A DNA stretch of 61,487 nt, filler included, from Choristocarpus tenellus KU-1152 (GCA_964200185.2; 7 parts of 7 records of this genome joined end to end with filler, not necessarily neighbours in it); one strand, 5' to 3'; shown: positions 49,235-61,344, numbered from the whole stretch's first letter. The notes: generated by a model not told the origin, from the letters alone. A program made the numbers and translations.

Positions 49235-49822
49235 GTTCGTTGCGGGGGCTTTGTTGGTGTGTAGGATTATTGGAATGTGTTTGCGCGTTATGACCTGGTT
49301 TGGTTGTATAGGGGTGTTGTTTGTTGATCTTTTTGAGAGACGGATAGTTTTACGTACGATAGAGGATGCACTTAGGCAGTGGAATGAACGAATGAGATGA
49401 GCTTATTTTCCCTATGTAAGTTGTGAAATAATATGCGAAAGGAGGTGTCAGTGGCGGTTGCAGATTGAGAGAACAAAATGTCACTGATTTGGATGTCAGG
49501 ATTGTACATTATTGGAGGAATCTATGTGTTGGTTAGAGGGGACATTAGGGGATATGTGACACCTGTATATGGACAGGGGGAATCATTCGTGTGGGGCATT
49601 GTTCCCTTAGAAGCTATAAGAAGCGTTACTCACTTTGTCCGTCCGTGACATGTGAATAGTTGGCACTCCATCAACGAAGCTAGCGTTCCATTGAACCGTG
49701 TCCTTGCAGTGGACAGTGAACGGCAAGAACTCTATACCATTATACTCCGATGGCTGCGCTCGCACAATGCTATGTTCCCCTCGGCGAGCTGTCTCTTCTT
49801 CCTCGACAGCTGACCTCTCTGA

Positions 49823-50005
49823 GACTCAAAGTATCTTAGAGGTTAGAGTCGCGTCCATTTGGGGGGTAAAATCCAATGTTGTGATTTTGAGATAATTTTG
49901 GTTATTGTGTTTGTTGGGAAGTGTCAATATCCTTGTTCCAGACACACCATATCATAACGTACACATTTTACCTACTGAGTGAAAGTATCTTAGAGGGTAC
50001 GAGTC
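49823..50005. mobile_element. MITE family A, rearranged or truncated
   Basis: A half copy at 49823-49976 is followed by a second terminus, gagtgaaagtatcttagagggtacgag. Confidence 0.8.
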
Positions 50006-50009
50006 ACAA

Positions 50010-50943
50010 GTGCCAGGGAATACCTACGATCATAGTGTGAGACGAAGTGAGAACTACGTCGATGCCGCTCCTACCCCAACCCCGAGGGACAAGTCTTCCA
50101 AGAAGGGTAAAGGACAGGGGAAAAGGACGCTAATGAGGAAGAAGAGGGTGAGAGAAGGTGCTGGACGGATGAGACCCTTCAAACAGCCTCGTGGTCCTCA
50201 TGGCAGTGCATTAGGACCTGGCTTCTTCGACGACATCTTCGCTTCTGCCAAAATGGGGCAGATACACGGTAAATCCGTGTTCATCTATATCGAGGTACGA
50301 CAATGACGATGAAAGATAATCTCATGGTAATGAGGATGGCGTCACACAGGACACAGCCGACTCCGGCAATGCATCCGATGTGGGGATCACCGAAGCCTTC
50401 ATGGAGGTGTGCGTTACTGAGCTCCTACGATCGGCAACAAAACCTGCTTCTTCACAGTATCGACTGCAGACTCAAATCCTCACCCAAGTCATATACGACC
50501 ATGGGTTCAGGCTCATCAAGGCCGGTAAAGGGGCCGTTTCTCTTGTTTTCGGGGATGAATGCTACGTCCACGAGCCCACACAGGTTAAACTCAGTGATCG
50601 TGGAGGGAAGCCAGGCAACACGTTGCGTCCCGAACATGTGGAAGCGCTCCAGGCGAGGAAGGCTATCTTCTTGAGCCTCGTGAAGCCCAAACCTTGGAAC
50701 GCCAGGTACTCCACACGCCTAAATCTATGGCAACTTCTTGTCGAGGCATATCCTAAGTTCACAGAGTGGTGGGAGAAGGGGGACGAATGCAATTTCGAGT
50801 CCGCCCAGTTAATTGAAATAGGGCTTCGGTCGTTTCAGTTTTTTGTTGAAGTACGGAGAGATTTACAGGTTGTGGTGATTTATGCATCAGTGTACCTTGC
50901 CTTGGTGTCCGACTACCATGTTCATGCACTTTCCATTCCATGA
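50010..50943 (+). pseudogene. Decayed intronless gene of the same family as 37319-37852
   Basis: Basic N-terminal frame 50010-50306, an apparent frameshift and TAA near 50290-50320, then an acidic linker into the conserved 50380-50943 domain. Confidence 0.65.
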
Positions 50944-51562
50944 GTTATGCATTTAGATAGTGGTATCGGATACATTTCTACCAGTCAGAGTCGTCAGCGC
51001 ATCATATATCATACTCATGTTGAGGATTAGACCTGTGTTATTATTTGTTTTAAAGAGTGTGTCTGCTACAAGGTTTAGACAACTAAAATACAATACATCA
51101 ATCCAACAACTCTTCTCCATCTGCTCAGCTATCCTTTCCAAACAACTCGCCAGGGGCTGCAATGGATACCCTGTCCTTCTCAAAGCCGCTATTTATTCCT
51201 TGAAAACTATAACATACCTCCTCCCTTCTTCTCAATACTCTATGCACCACCTCTTGCTTTGTCCAAGTGTCGACAAACTAGATTCAATCTCGTTCTCCTT
51301 CGAATCTTGGAGGATTATATACCTAAGTCCACGCACAATGCTCCTCAGCACAGCAGCACCAACCCAGGACCAATGGAAGTGTACCTTGAACTACGTTCAG
51401 AGAAACGTACGACAATAGAACTTGACCAATAACCACTCTTACACACGTCCATATTTCGTCCATACCTTTTCCCTTACTTCATACCAACAACTTCAACCCT
51501 AACACTCTCAGCGACAATCACGTCTTATTACATACTAAATCCAACACATGCACACAAACAAA

Positions 51563-51821
51563 GAGCGAAAATATCTTAGAGGGTACGCGCTTTGCCCTGT
51601 TTGTCCATTTGGGGCTTGGCGTTCCACGGGTTTTTAATGGCATTTTACCTACTCCAAAATGTTTCAGAGTATGTAAAATGTATACGTTATGAAAAGGTGT
51701 GTCCGGAACAAGGATATTGACTCTTCCTAACAAATATGATAGCCAAAACTACATCAAAATCGCAACATTGGATTGTGGTCCCCAATTGGACGCGAATCTA
51801 CCCTCTAAGATACTTTGGATC
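51563..51821. mobile_element. MITE family A copy
   Basis: gagcgaaaatatcttagagggta...taccctctaagatactttggatc; flanks CAAA and CAGA. Confidence 0.85.
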
Positions 51822-51829
51822 CAGAGTGT

Positions 51830-52798
51830 AAACCCCTGTAGTCCACCCTTGGTTGTTCAGCTATCCTGGCTGACCTCCTTTGCTCAGTAGGTGAACTTGT
51901 CGAGTCCTTGCTCACAGCTTTTGCTCGTGGTATCGGATCGGCTGCACTATCAAAATCCCCATCAGAGTCGTCATCATTATCGGAGATATCATCATCGTCG
52001 GTCAAAGTCATGGTCTCTCGCTCCCCCACGAAGTCCATGGTGTGTTCATGTGGCTTGAACGTCACTTGGGCTGAGGTCACCAACTTGGCCTTTTGAGGAA
52101 GCCAGATGTATCAACACAGTGATATGCACAAACGTGTCCCATGACGACACCCTGCTTGGCGTATGGGTGAAACTTTGAACCAACTCCCTTCTTCTGCTTT
52201 TCCTGGTGAACATGGCACTCGCTTCCCCAGGACCGAAGCCTATCATAATTGAAGGATTTTCCCATTAGACGCTCACATGGTGTCTCTCCTCCTCAGGTAT
52301 TCTTGTGGCATGTCTCCAGTTTTGAAGGCGACGTCCATGATGGCATAGAACCAGTACTCATTACCCAGTCCAACCTTTACCAGTTGACTCCTTGCTGCCC
52401 CCATGAGTTGTTTTATTGCCCTTTTGGTGATTCCGTTGCTCCGTGGTGTTCTTGGTGGGGATTTCTCCATCTGATACCATTGTTCGCCAGCATCCTTTGA
52501 AACTTTACTGATCTCCCAAGCTCAGGGAGTATTGGCGATGCATGGCACTGTGACTATGCTGGGGAGTCCAGAGGATCAGCTGGAAGTGACCCCAAGCCAA
52601 GCCAATGTGAATACTGCTTGAAGATGAACCATCATCAATGGCAGAGGTCTACTCATACTTGGATGGCAAGCCACCTGCAAGACGACCGCCTGAGATGGTG
52701 CCAGCCAGAACATGTCCGCCATCTCCACCTGGTGGGAGCAGCAACAATGGACGTACACCGAGCGACAAGGTCAACAGGAACCAAGCGCACTCCTTCTC
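51830..52798 (-). mobile_element. Degenerate Ty1/copia retrotransposon fragment (integrase core end and SH3-like region)
   Basis: SPPRTPRSNGITKRAIKQLMGAARSQLVKVGLGNEYWFYAI and LRSWGSECHVH...SKFHPYAKQGVVMG match the copia patterns TPxxNGxxER, LPxxxWxxA and FGcxxyvh...KLxxra..g.fvGY. Stops and frameshifts are present. Confidence 0.85.
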
Positions 52799-52898
52799 NN
52801 NNNNNNNNNNNNNNNNNNNNNNNNNNNNNNNNNNNNNNNNNNTTAATTAATTAANNNNNNNNNNNNNNNNNNNNNNNNNNNNNNNNNNNNNNNNNNNN
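52799..52898. other. Artificial contig-join linker
   Basis: N44-TTAATTAATTAA-N44. Confidence 0.98.
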
Positions 52899-53078
52899 CC
52901 CGCCCCCGCCCCCCAACAATGCACACACACACACAACACACGCAAATCACAATGTGTCCTGGATCCCTACTTGATGTGCCACTGGAATGAATCCCATCCT
53001 GAGCGGATTTCCCACTTGTACTCTTCACATCAACTGGCCACACAAACACATCTTCTTCTTCCATTACCTCTACCTCAG

Positions 53079-56000
53079 GCTGAGGCCGTCAAGGCACGCA
53101 AAGAGGTAGCAATGGCCCGAGAATATTCTGAGCACAGTGAAAAGCTCACAAATAGTGCAAAGCAGGCGGAACTTGAAGCTCGAGCCCTGGTCCCGCTCAA
53201 GGTTCAGAGACAGGAGGGTACCACACAAACCAGGCAGGGCTCGGCCCTCTCCAAGCTATGTGCATTGGCTTGGGTGTCGGTTTTCTTGTCTAGGACCAGG
53301 CGTGCAGCAGAAAAGTCGAAGGATGATTCAAGGGCCTTCCCTCGTGTTGAAAATGCCCAATCGCCACCCATACCTGTCGCTGGAGTAGATCATGGCACTC
53401 AGACATGTGGGGATGACGTTTGGGAACAAGGAGAAAGGGAAGCACTGCTGGATCGCGTTGAGGCAGGGGAGAGACGGGCTGAGGAGGAGATGGCTATAGC
53501 AGCAAGGTTAACTGTGAGTGAATAGCCCCGCCACTTTGATCTAACCCCCCCTCTGTTGGTCTATGTACATGAAGAAGAGGAGATACTGCATACCTAAATG
53601 TGTTAGGATCATTTTTAGATTCAAAATATAGCAACAAGTGCGAAAGTGTGAAGTTCATGCTCTGAAGTATTGGGTCCTCAGTATTCGTTAACGATGGGAC
53701 AATAATTGGAATATTATACATTGTCATGTTTCCTTTCCTACCAATTCACGTCGCCTTCTTGGACTGCAAAACTCAACTGTGGTACAGGAAGAGATAAGAA
53801 TCTTGAAGGGAAAATTGGAATGGAATGAAAGGGTTCAAGAAGTGCAGCGTGCCCGAGAAATTCAAATGGTCCAAGAAATGGAGAGGGCCCGACAGATACA
53901 AAGGACTCAAGAAATTCAAAGGGCGCAAGAAATTCCACCTGCCCCGTCTAGCAAGTCCCTGGACATTGCTAGCCTTGTGAAATCGCTTGGAAAGCTCAAG
54001 GCAAACCTGTGCAAGTTCAAAAGTTCCCTTGAGGAGGAGGGGCAAGACAACTCCGCAGATGATAGTGCTACACTTGTCCCGTCTCTGGCCAAGACAGAAG
54101 AGCCCCTTGGGGTGCACAGAGATGGATTAGGGAGCCATCACTCAAATGTGAAAGCAGAGTTAAATGAGAAGCGAGATGGTGATCGGGTGAAGGAAGAGGA
54201 GGAGCGCCTCAGGGAGTTGACTGCTTGGGCTGAGAAGGCCTCGGTGGAGCTGGAGGAGGCAAAAACTTATATCTCTAGACTGTGTTGGAAGCTGGGTATA
54301 GCAGAGAAGACTCTTAGATTCGCTAGGTGAGTGTGGTGACTATGTTAAGCCAAAGCATTTAAGAGGGTAGGAGTTTTGCCCTGTTTGTCTGTTTGGGGTT
54401 TGGCTTCCTCTATTTTTTGTGTGTCTCTACCCCAAAAGTTAATGACTATGAAAGGTGTGTCCGGAACGAGGATATTGACGCTTGCTGACAAATACAATGG
54501 CCAAAATTACTTCAAAATCATCGCAACATTGGATTTATGACCCCAATCGAACGCAGCCCTACCCTCTTAAATGCTTTGACTCATTGTGTTGCCCTTGTGT
54601 GTTGAGAGTATGATGGCTGAGATTCTGGTGTTATTATCATCCAACCCAAACCACAAACACCTATTTATGCTCCAGAGCGTTCCAGGGTGATTCAGAGCGG
54701 TTCAGAGTGCCCCAGCGTGCAGTAGCTTTGCTAGAAGGAGAAGAAGTAAAAACTTCCCGTGTTGTTCCCTTCGGTTCATCTTCTCTATTATTATTTTTCA
54801 CTATTTTTTCTTCTGCATCATATACACTTAAAAAATAATAAGATCCTCGACTATTTCCATTGCAGTATCATGCCTCTGTGTGTCCCTTCCCAGGCTCAGC
54901 ATGTACCCTTCATGTATTCCATCCCTTTCCTACCTTGCTCTTGAGGTTAAATCGCGAAACGGACAGCAAGATTTCCACCAATGGAATAGCCTCTATGTTA
55001 AATTGACCCATTGGGATACATCAATGCTACAAACTCTTCCAACACGTACACATAGCATTTATAATCTTGGCACCACCAAAACCATTTCCTTAAATGTCAA
55101 ATTCCGGGATACCAACTTTCCACTGGGGCAGACACATCTTTTCTCAATATAGTTTTTCCCATTTCTTTCCTTATATATATATATTACATTCCTTCTCGCT
55201 TCCCCTCTCTCTACAAGACCACACCAATAAATCTCTCGCATTCCCCCTCCCCCCAAAACCCATTTTTCCCACTAAGATCTGCCCATTCTACCGAGTCCGA
55301 ACGATTGGTGAAACAGCTCACAGCCCTTAGGGTTGAGTCAGCAATGCTCCGTAGAGGATCTGACAGGCGGGCTGTAGGATGCCAAAGCAATCTTACCAAC
55401 TTGGATTTGGTGCAGATGGAGTCATGTGCAGAAAAATCATTGATCTTGGCGGCGGGGGAGAGGGAACAAGTAGCAAAGGCAACTGCAAGAGCAGAGGTAA
55501 TGAAGGTTTCACAAACCACAGTGTGTGGGGGCTGAGTGGTTGTGCTTTTCCTTCCCTTCCTCAGCATTGTCGTCACTACAATAGTTAGCCTACTGCCTGA
55601 AGAGATAGAGGGCCAAGTTTATATGTATCCTGGAGAGTTGTGGATTTTGGTAGCCTTCTGGATGTTTTGTCGGGGCTCATATATGTGATGCCTGACACCC
55701 CTTTTTCATGGTCCAAATCCAGGTAACTCCCTTGAGGGATGTGTGGGCATAGAGAAGGAAAGACCCTGTGGATAGATGCAGGCCTGGCAGGCGCTATGTC
55801 TACTCTACACCTCTTAACTTTTATTCACCATAACCCTAACCCTAGCCAAAGAGTAAAAAAATCCGTTCTGCGAAGGAGACATGACACACAACCCCTCCCC
55901 ACGACGTTCTCTACATAATCAGAACATCAGCCAAAAAAATATCAGCATCACCTGTGTTGTGCTTATTGAATTATATGCATATATATATATATATATATAT

Positions 56001-56232
56001 TCATCTTTTTGGTATTCACCAGGCTTGCCTGGCCTCAATGCGCTCCCGTGAAGAGGAGGCGTCTCAACAAAAGAAAAAAATGGAAGAGCGGATACTCTGC
56101 CTGAGGAATCAGCGAGACAAACTGAGAATGGACGTGGAGCTACTCAAGAAGGCTGTAGAGGCTAGTTTCAGGAAGGGTGGTCCGGAGGTGGTAGGAGGAG
56201 GGAGAAGGACGGGAAAGAATGCCTCGACCCAG
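53079..56232 (+). CDS. Internal exons of a long coiled-coil protein
   Basis: Exons 53079-53513, 53788-54326, 55331-55496 and 56023-56232 have canonical AG/GT sites and matching phases (0, 2, 0). The sequence is E/K/R/A/L-rich with heptad character. No start or stop was found within the contig. Confidence 0.75.
54347..54582. mobile_element. MITE family A, older subfamily (AAAGCATTT terminus), intronic
   Basis: aagccaaagcatttaagagggtag...accctcttaaatgctttgactc. Confidence 0.8.
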
Positions 56233-57642
56233 GTGTGCAAACTGAGGCAAAGTTTTTTTTTATTATGGAAGTTTGTGTCTGACGTATTGTGATGCTTGAT
56301 ACGTGTTTGTGTGATGTGTGAGTCATCCGAAGATCACTAGCTATAGTAGGGAGTAGTGTCAGCAAGATCCCCACATTCTTGCACAAGAAAAACTAGAGTT
56401 ATAACGGTGGAAGATTCAATGGGACCAATCAATGCAAAGCAGCGTTTTCAACAGTGGAAGCATTGCATGCATCCCACTGGGCTGCTGACTAGTCTGGAAC
56501 ACTCCGGGATTCTGCTGATTTAGAAATCAGAGGTCGGTTAGGTTGATACAGTAGTAAGACACTATGTATAAACCCTAAACGGTACAATTTAAGTCTCCAC
56601 ATACCGTTGACATATTTTTCGTAGTCATACTGTACTGCAGACGAAGTCAAAAATGCTATTCACAACGATATTTGTAGGTATGGACTGGAGTCCAAGAATG
56701 CTGATATATATATATATATATATTGTAAGACAAAATGATATGAAAATCTACGAAAAAAGTTTAATCGACCAGGTCGGGGACATGTATGTACATGAAGATT
56801 TTTTTTTTTTCTGCATGAGGTATACCCTCCTGATTGCGTTGAGACTATAGGACACATCTATCACACAAAGCATCCCTTACCCTAGCTGCCAATGTCGGCT
56901 TCAATCACTCAAAGCTATATCAACATACCCTTTCATTATCTATACTATTTGAACAACGCCTTTTCAAATGCCAGACCCAAAGGCTGGACTGCAGTCAAGT
57001 CTGTTGTGCTTTTTCAAAGCCCTGATTAGCCCTGCTGAGAATAACTTTTTTTTCTGGGGTTGGCCCTGTAAGAAATATTTCATGCACAGGGCTAAAGCCT
57101 GTCGGGGTAGCTTATTTTTGTTGCTACAATTTTATTATTTTGAAGAAAATGAAGATGTGATGCACTTGTTAGGTTGAAATGCACACCGGCTCGAACAATA
57201 CTGGTGGAGTATATTCTAGAGGTATACCTCATAGCATATCATAGAACAAAACACCAAGCAAGATGTAAGCACAAATTACAATCATACTTCAAAAGGCATT
57301 TTGTACCATCTAATCATCACTTGAAACTATCCCAGCCCGGTTCGACCAACATGAGACACGACCTGACCCTGCCGAAGTTTGTTGCAATCAGACTGGACTG
57401 GTATACTGTCTTGTTGAAGACATTTGGAAGGCCTTGATCTGGCCCTGTTGTTTCCTGGGCTGTCATTCCTGCAGGCCTTCCCTGTTATAGGCCCTAAGGC
57501 CCTGCACTGTCCTTGCTAAGAACAAGGTTCTCATGGGACTGGGCCAGGGTAACCAATGGAACATTTTTTGTGGAGGTGGGGTTAGGGCTAGATTCAAAGG
57601 AAACTAGAGGTTCCATGGCAGATGTGTGCAAAATTCGACTTT

Positions 57643-57915
57643 GAGTCAAAGCACTTACAAGGGCTGGAGTTTTGCCCTGTTTGTCCGTTCGGAGCTTGGC
57701 TTCCCACCGGTTTTTTATGCCCTTTCTTCGGTTTTCTGTGTGAAGATAGTTACCCTAACCCTAAAGTGCATATGACTACGAAAGGTATGTCCAGAGCAAG
57801 GAGATTGACACTTGCTAACAAACACGATATAGTCAAAATTTTATTAAGATCACAACATTGGATTTTGGACCCTGAACGGACACGGCCCTACCCTAACCCT
57901 AAGATACTCTGACTC
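57643..57915. mobile_element. MITE family A, older subfamily copy containing two CCCTAACCCTAA units
   Basis: gagtcaaagcacttacaaggg...ccctaaccctaagatactctgactc. Confidence 0.8.
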
Positions 57916-58143
57916 TTTTTTATAAAGATGTAGAGGATATTTTCTAAGTTTCTGTCAAAAGGTCTACAGCAATGGAGAAATCAATGCTCTCAAGTCAAAC
58001 TTAACACTTCATCCATAGAAATATGTTTAATAGCAAGAGATTGAAAAACCGACTTCAAGTGCAAAACGTCCAAAACCTGGGTACCTCTTGCTTACTTTGA
58101 CTCTTAGTGTTCATTCGACTTGTCGCATAGGTTATTTAGAGGT

Positions 58144-58165
58144 GGCTCAAAGTATCCAGGGGGGG
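58144..58165. mobile_element. MITE family B terminus at contig break
   Basis: ggctcaaagtatccaggggggg. Confidence 0.6.
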
Positions 58166-58265
58166 NNNNNNNNNNNNNNNNNNNNNNNNNNNNNNNNNNN
58201 NNNNNNNNNTTAATTAATTAANNNNNNNNNNNNNNNNNNNNNNNNNNNNNNNNNNNNNNNNNNNN
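58166..58265. other. Artificial contig-join linker
   Basis: N44-TTAATTAATTAA-N44. Confidence 0.98.
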
Positions 58266-58270
58266 AACAC

Positions 58271-58301
<31 letters not shown>

Positions 58302-58333
58302 ACTTTCTACCTACCAATGGGGTTGTACCGCAG

Positions 58334-59379
58334 CTGAAACTCACGGTGGCAGCCATAGTGGTGCCTGTGCCAGCCAGCTCTTTCTCTTGTCAGAAGTTAT
58401 CAGCGTCTGGATTCAGCCAGCAGGTGCGTTGGATGTACATGCTATTGTATCCCTTACGGGCTGTGTCCATCTCCATCTCTATCTCTATCTCTGCGTTCGT
58501 ATTTTAATGACCACTTGGAGTGGAGAAGTGGATTCACATGCACGCACATAATGTGAATTTTTTTGTGTGTGCATTTTTTTTATCGCTTTTGTTTTTTTTT
58601 TATTTTCTTTTTCTTTGTTTTACCCTAGTTTTGACCCCCTCTTGCTTTCCTGCGCTTTGACAGAACCCGACTTGAAAAATTAACTCCTTTTGATAAGAGG
58701 AACGAAAGGTCAATGGTTCTTTCTTTACACTGCTGGATACACTGATGATGGGATATGTCTCACCCTGTGAGGCGCAATTTTCACATAAAAAAAATAAGTT
58801 GAAGTGGCTGTTACAGTGTTCAAAAATTGGGAAACGAATTGAATACAGCAATGTAGTGTTGAACCTCAATGCAGCGGCCTTGCACCAGAGAGGGTGCAGA
58901 AGGAGCGAGGGGTTGGGGGTTAGCAGTACTGTTTGTTGCACTCCCTTTACATAGTGTTGTGTTGGAACCTCCATACCTCTCACTTACACCTTTCCTCCTT
59001 CCTCTGTGTCTGCTGGCTCGCCCCTTCTTCTCCAGGGAGATCCTTTCAATTTCCGGGGTGTTCCGTACATTCGCATGTACCTACTTTCAAATCAGGAGCT
59101 CTCTGTCAGCAACTAGCTGTGAGATACAAGAATTTATCCAAACAAAACACAAAGCATCACAGTCAGGAACGGCGGAGGGTGTTCCCATACTGTACCAATG
59201 ATCAAGCCCCTGTGTTGGTTTAAACATTGTTCCACAAGCTTTTATTTCGTCTTTTTTTTTTCCTTTCCTCCTTTTGTCTTTCATTGCCCTATCTCAGCCC
59301 TGTCTTGCTGGGTAGGGATGGACACGTTCTGCATTATGGTGTGAGAATGAGTGTAGAAAAATTACGTGGCGCAGGGGAG
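58334..59379 (+). CDS. Candidate small exons of an unidentified gene
   Basis: Exon-like segments bounded by AG and GT at about 58334-58423 (cgcag|...cag|gtgcgt), 58698-58766 and 59316-59379 (gtag|...gag|gtaaag). Frame and product are unresolved. Confidence 0.25.
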
Positions 59380-60522
59380 GTAAAGGCTTTGGACACCATT
59401 TGTGCGAGTTGTTTTCATGACCTCCCAGTGGTATTGTGCCAAGCTTGCTATCTCCTCACTAGACGGGACTGTTATATAGTTGTTTAGCTTTGGGGCAAGA
59501 AGGGCTGGTGTGGAAGAGGCTTTCGATCTTTCTCCTTCTCAAATCCCCATCTGTGTGTGCTCTCCTGTCCTCAGCTGCATGCAAAGTTCGCAGCAGTTCC
59601 TGAGTGCCAGTTCCCATCTCCCAGTAAAAATTGTTGAGATGTGTGTGTATGTGTGTGCATGAGCATGAGCATGAGTGTGTGTATACCTTTTATTTATTTC
59701 TACTAGATCTGTCCTGGGCAAAGGTTTTGTCAAGTTTGGTGCTTGTGACAAGTATCTTGATGTTTCTGTGTGTTTGTGATATTATTTTGTTTTTTTGTTG
59801 TCAGCGTATAGGTAGTGAGTGTTGCAGGTGAAGGCGTTGCATGTGTGAGCAGAGGAATGTTTTAATGGTGATTGTCAGGTTGGTGCTACTAGTTCTTTGT
59901 GTTTTGAGACTGCCTTTTTGTTGTCGAAGGATGTTATTATAGAAATCAGAATAATGCCGAATGGAGAGATGAAGGAAGACCTCACATTCTAGTTTTTGTC
60001 AAGAAACTATGATGAAGGGGCTGCAGTCTAAAGACATAGAATCCTACCAGTTCCCCTCGAATGTCAGCATAGAGGCATAGAGGATGGAAGGAGAAAGGTG
60101 TGCCACGTGAGTTTCTGGGAGGTTGCTGTTAGCAGTAGCAATGTTCGAAGCGTTTGTTTTTTCAGAATTGAATACCGCACTCAAGGGCCGGACTGAGTTA
60201 GAACCTTGTTTGTGCATCATTATTTCAAGGTGTTACAAGAGAGTTATCAATCTAAATTGCAGTTTCTTGTCATCTACTTCCAGAATACAAAACAAAAAAA
60301 TGTGTTCCAGTTTATTCCACGGTGGGGTAGAACAGTACAAGAACCTGTTTGCACTGTATACAGTAAATTCAACTTCTCCTAACCCTGACATGTCCTTCAA
60401 CTATTTGCCTTGTGTTGTTGAAGGGTTTAGTGGTTCCACACCCTGTACAAAATTATTTCCGAGCATATTTAACCGGGTTGTGATATCCAAGAAACTATCA
60501 TGCACCTGTGAGCACGGCTGTA

Positions 60523-60941
60523 GTGAATGAATAGCCCACCCAGCCCGATCAGTGTAGGAAAGGAGTGTATGGAAAGAACAAACGATTGCTTCAAAAGAAC
60601 ACAGTGAGAAACTGTCGTAGTTCTACTCGTACTTCCACGGTTTGTTCAAAGTTTATATCATTACAATATCCATTCCTTCATAGAGAGATTGAACAGTTGA
60701 TGTGCAAACACCCTTTGCAGTCCACAATAGGTAATAGATCAAGTGAATGAATTGTCCACCCAGCCCGATCAGTGTACGGAAAGAACAAGCGGTTGCTTCG
60801 AAAGGTAACACGATGAGAAACCGTCGTAGTTCTACTCGTACTTTACAGTTTGTTCAAAAATTATATTACAATAAGCATTTCTTCATAGAGAGTATTGAAC
60901 AGTTGATGTACAAACACACTTTGCAGTCCACAATAGGTAAT
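60523..60941. repeat. Direct tandem duplication of about 200-215 bp
   Basis: gtgaatgaat...cccagcccgatcagtgta...gtcgtagttctactcgtactt...cagtccacaataggtaat at 60523-60736 and 60743-60941. Confidence 0.9.
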
Positions 60942-61344
60942 TCATGATGTGTCTCCTCCTTCGTCTTGAGTGAGCAAAGTTTTTGATTTGTCATGCACTC
61001 CAATCTCTGTTGTCATGATTGTGTGATGATAGACCAATACCAACTATAGAAATGTGGGAATATTTTGTCCCGAGTCGTGCACTGTAAAATAATAATAATA
61101 TCTTGCCACATGCAACGCAACCTGGTCCAGAAGGTAGCACACACTATGGACGAACATGATTTTTTATCTACTTTCATTGAGCGACTCAATACTCTTATTC
61201 AACGCCTGCCTAAGTATTAGTAACGGATGCGAAGTACTCGGTCAGGAGTGGTAGAAAATAAAAAAAGAATGTAGATATTGATGACATCACTAGTAGAATT
61301 ATACTGCAGGATGTTTTTCACTACTTCCCCACTACTGGCTGAAC

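Noticed and set aside
50960-51418. 152-aa plus-strand ORF
   Set aside because: More likely the antisense shadow of a stop-riddled minus-strand frame; not called as a gene.
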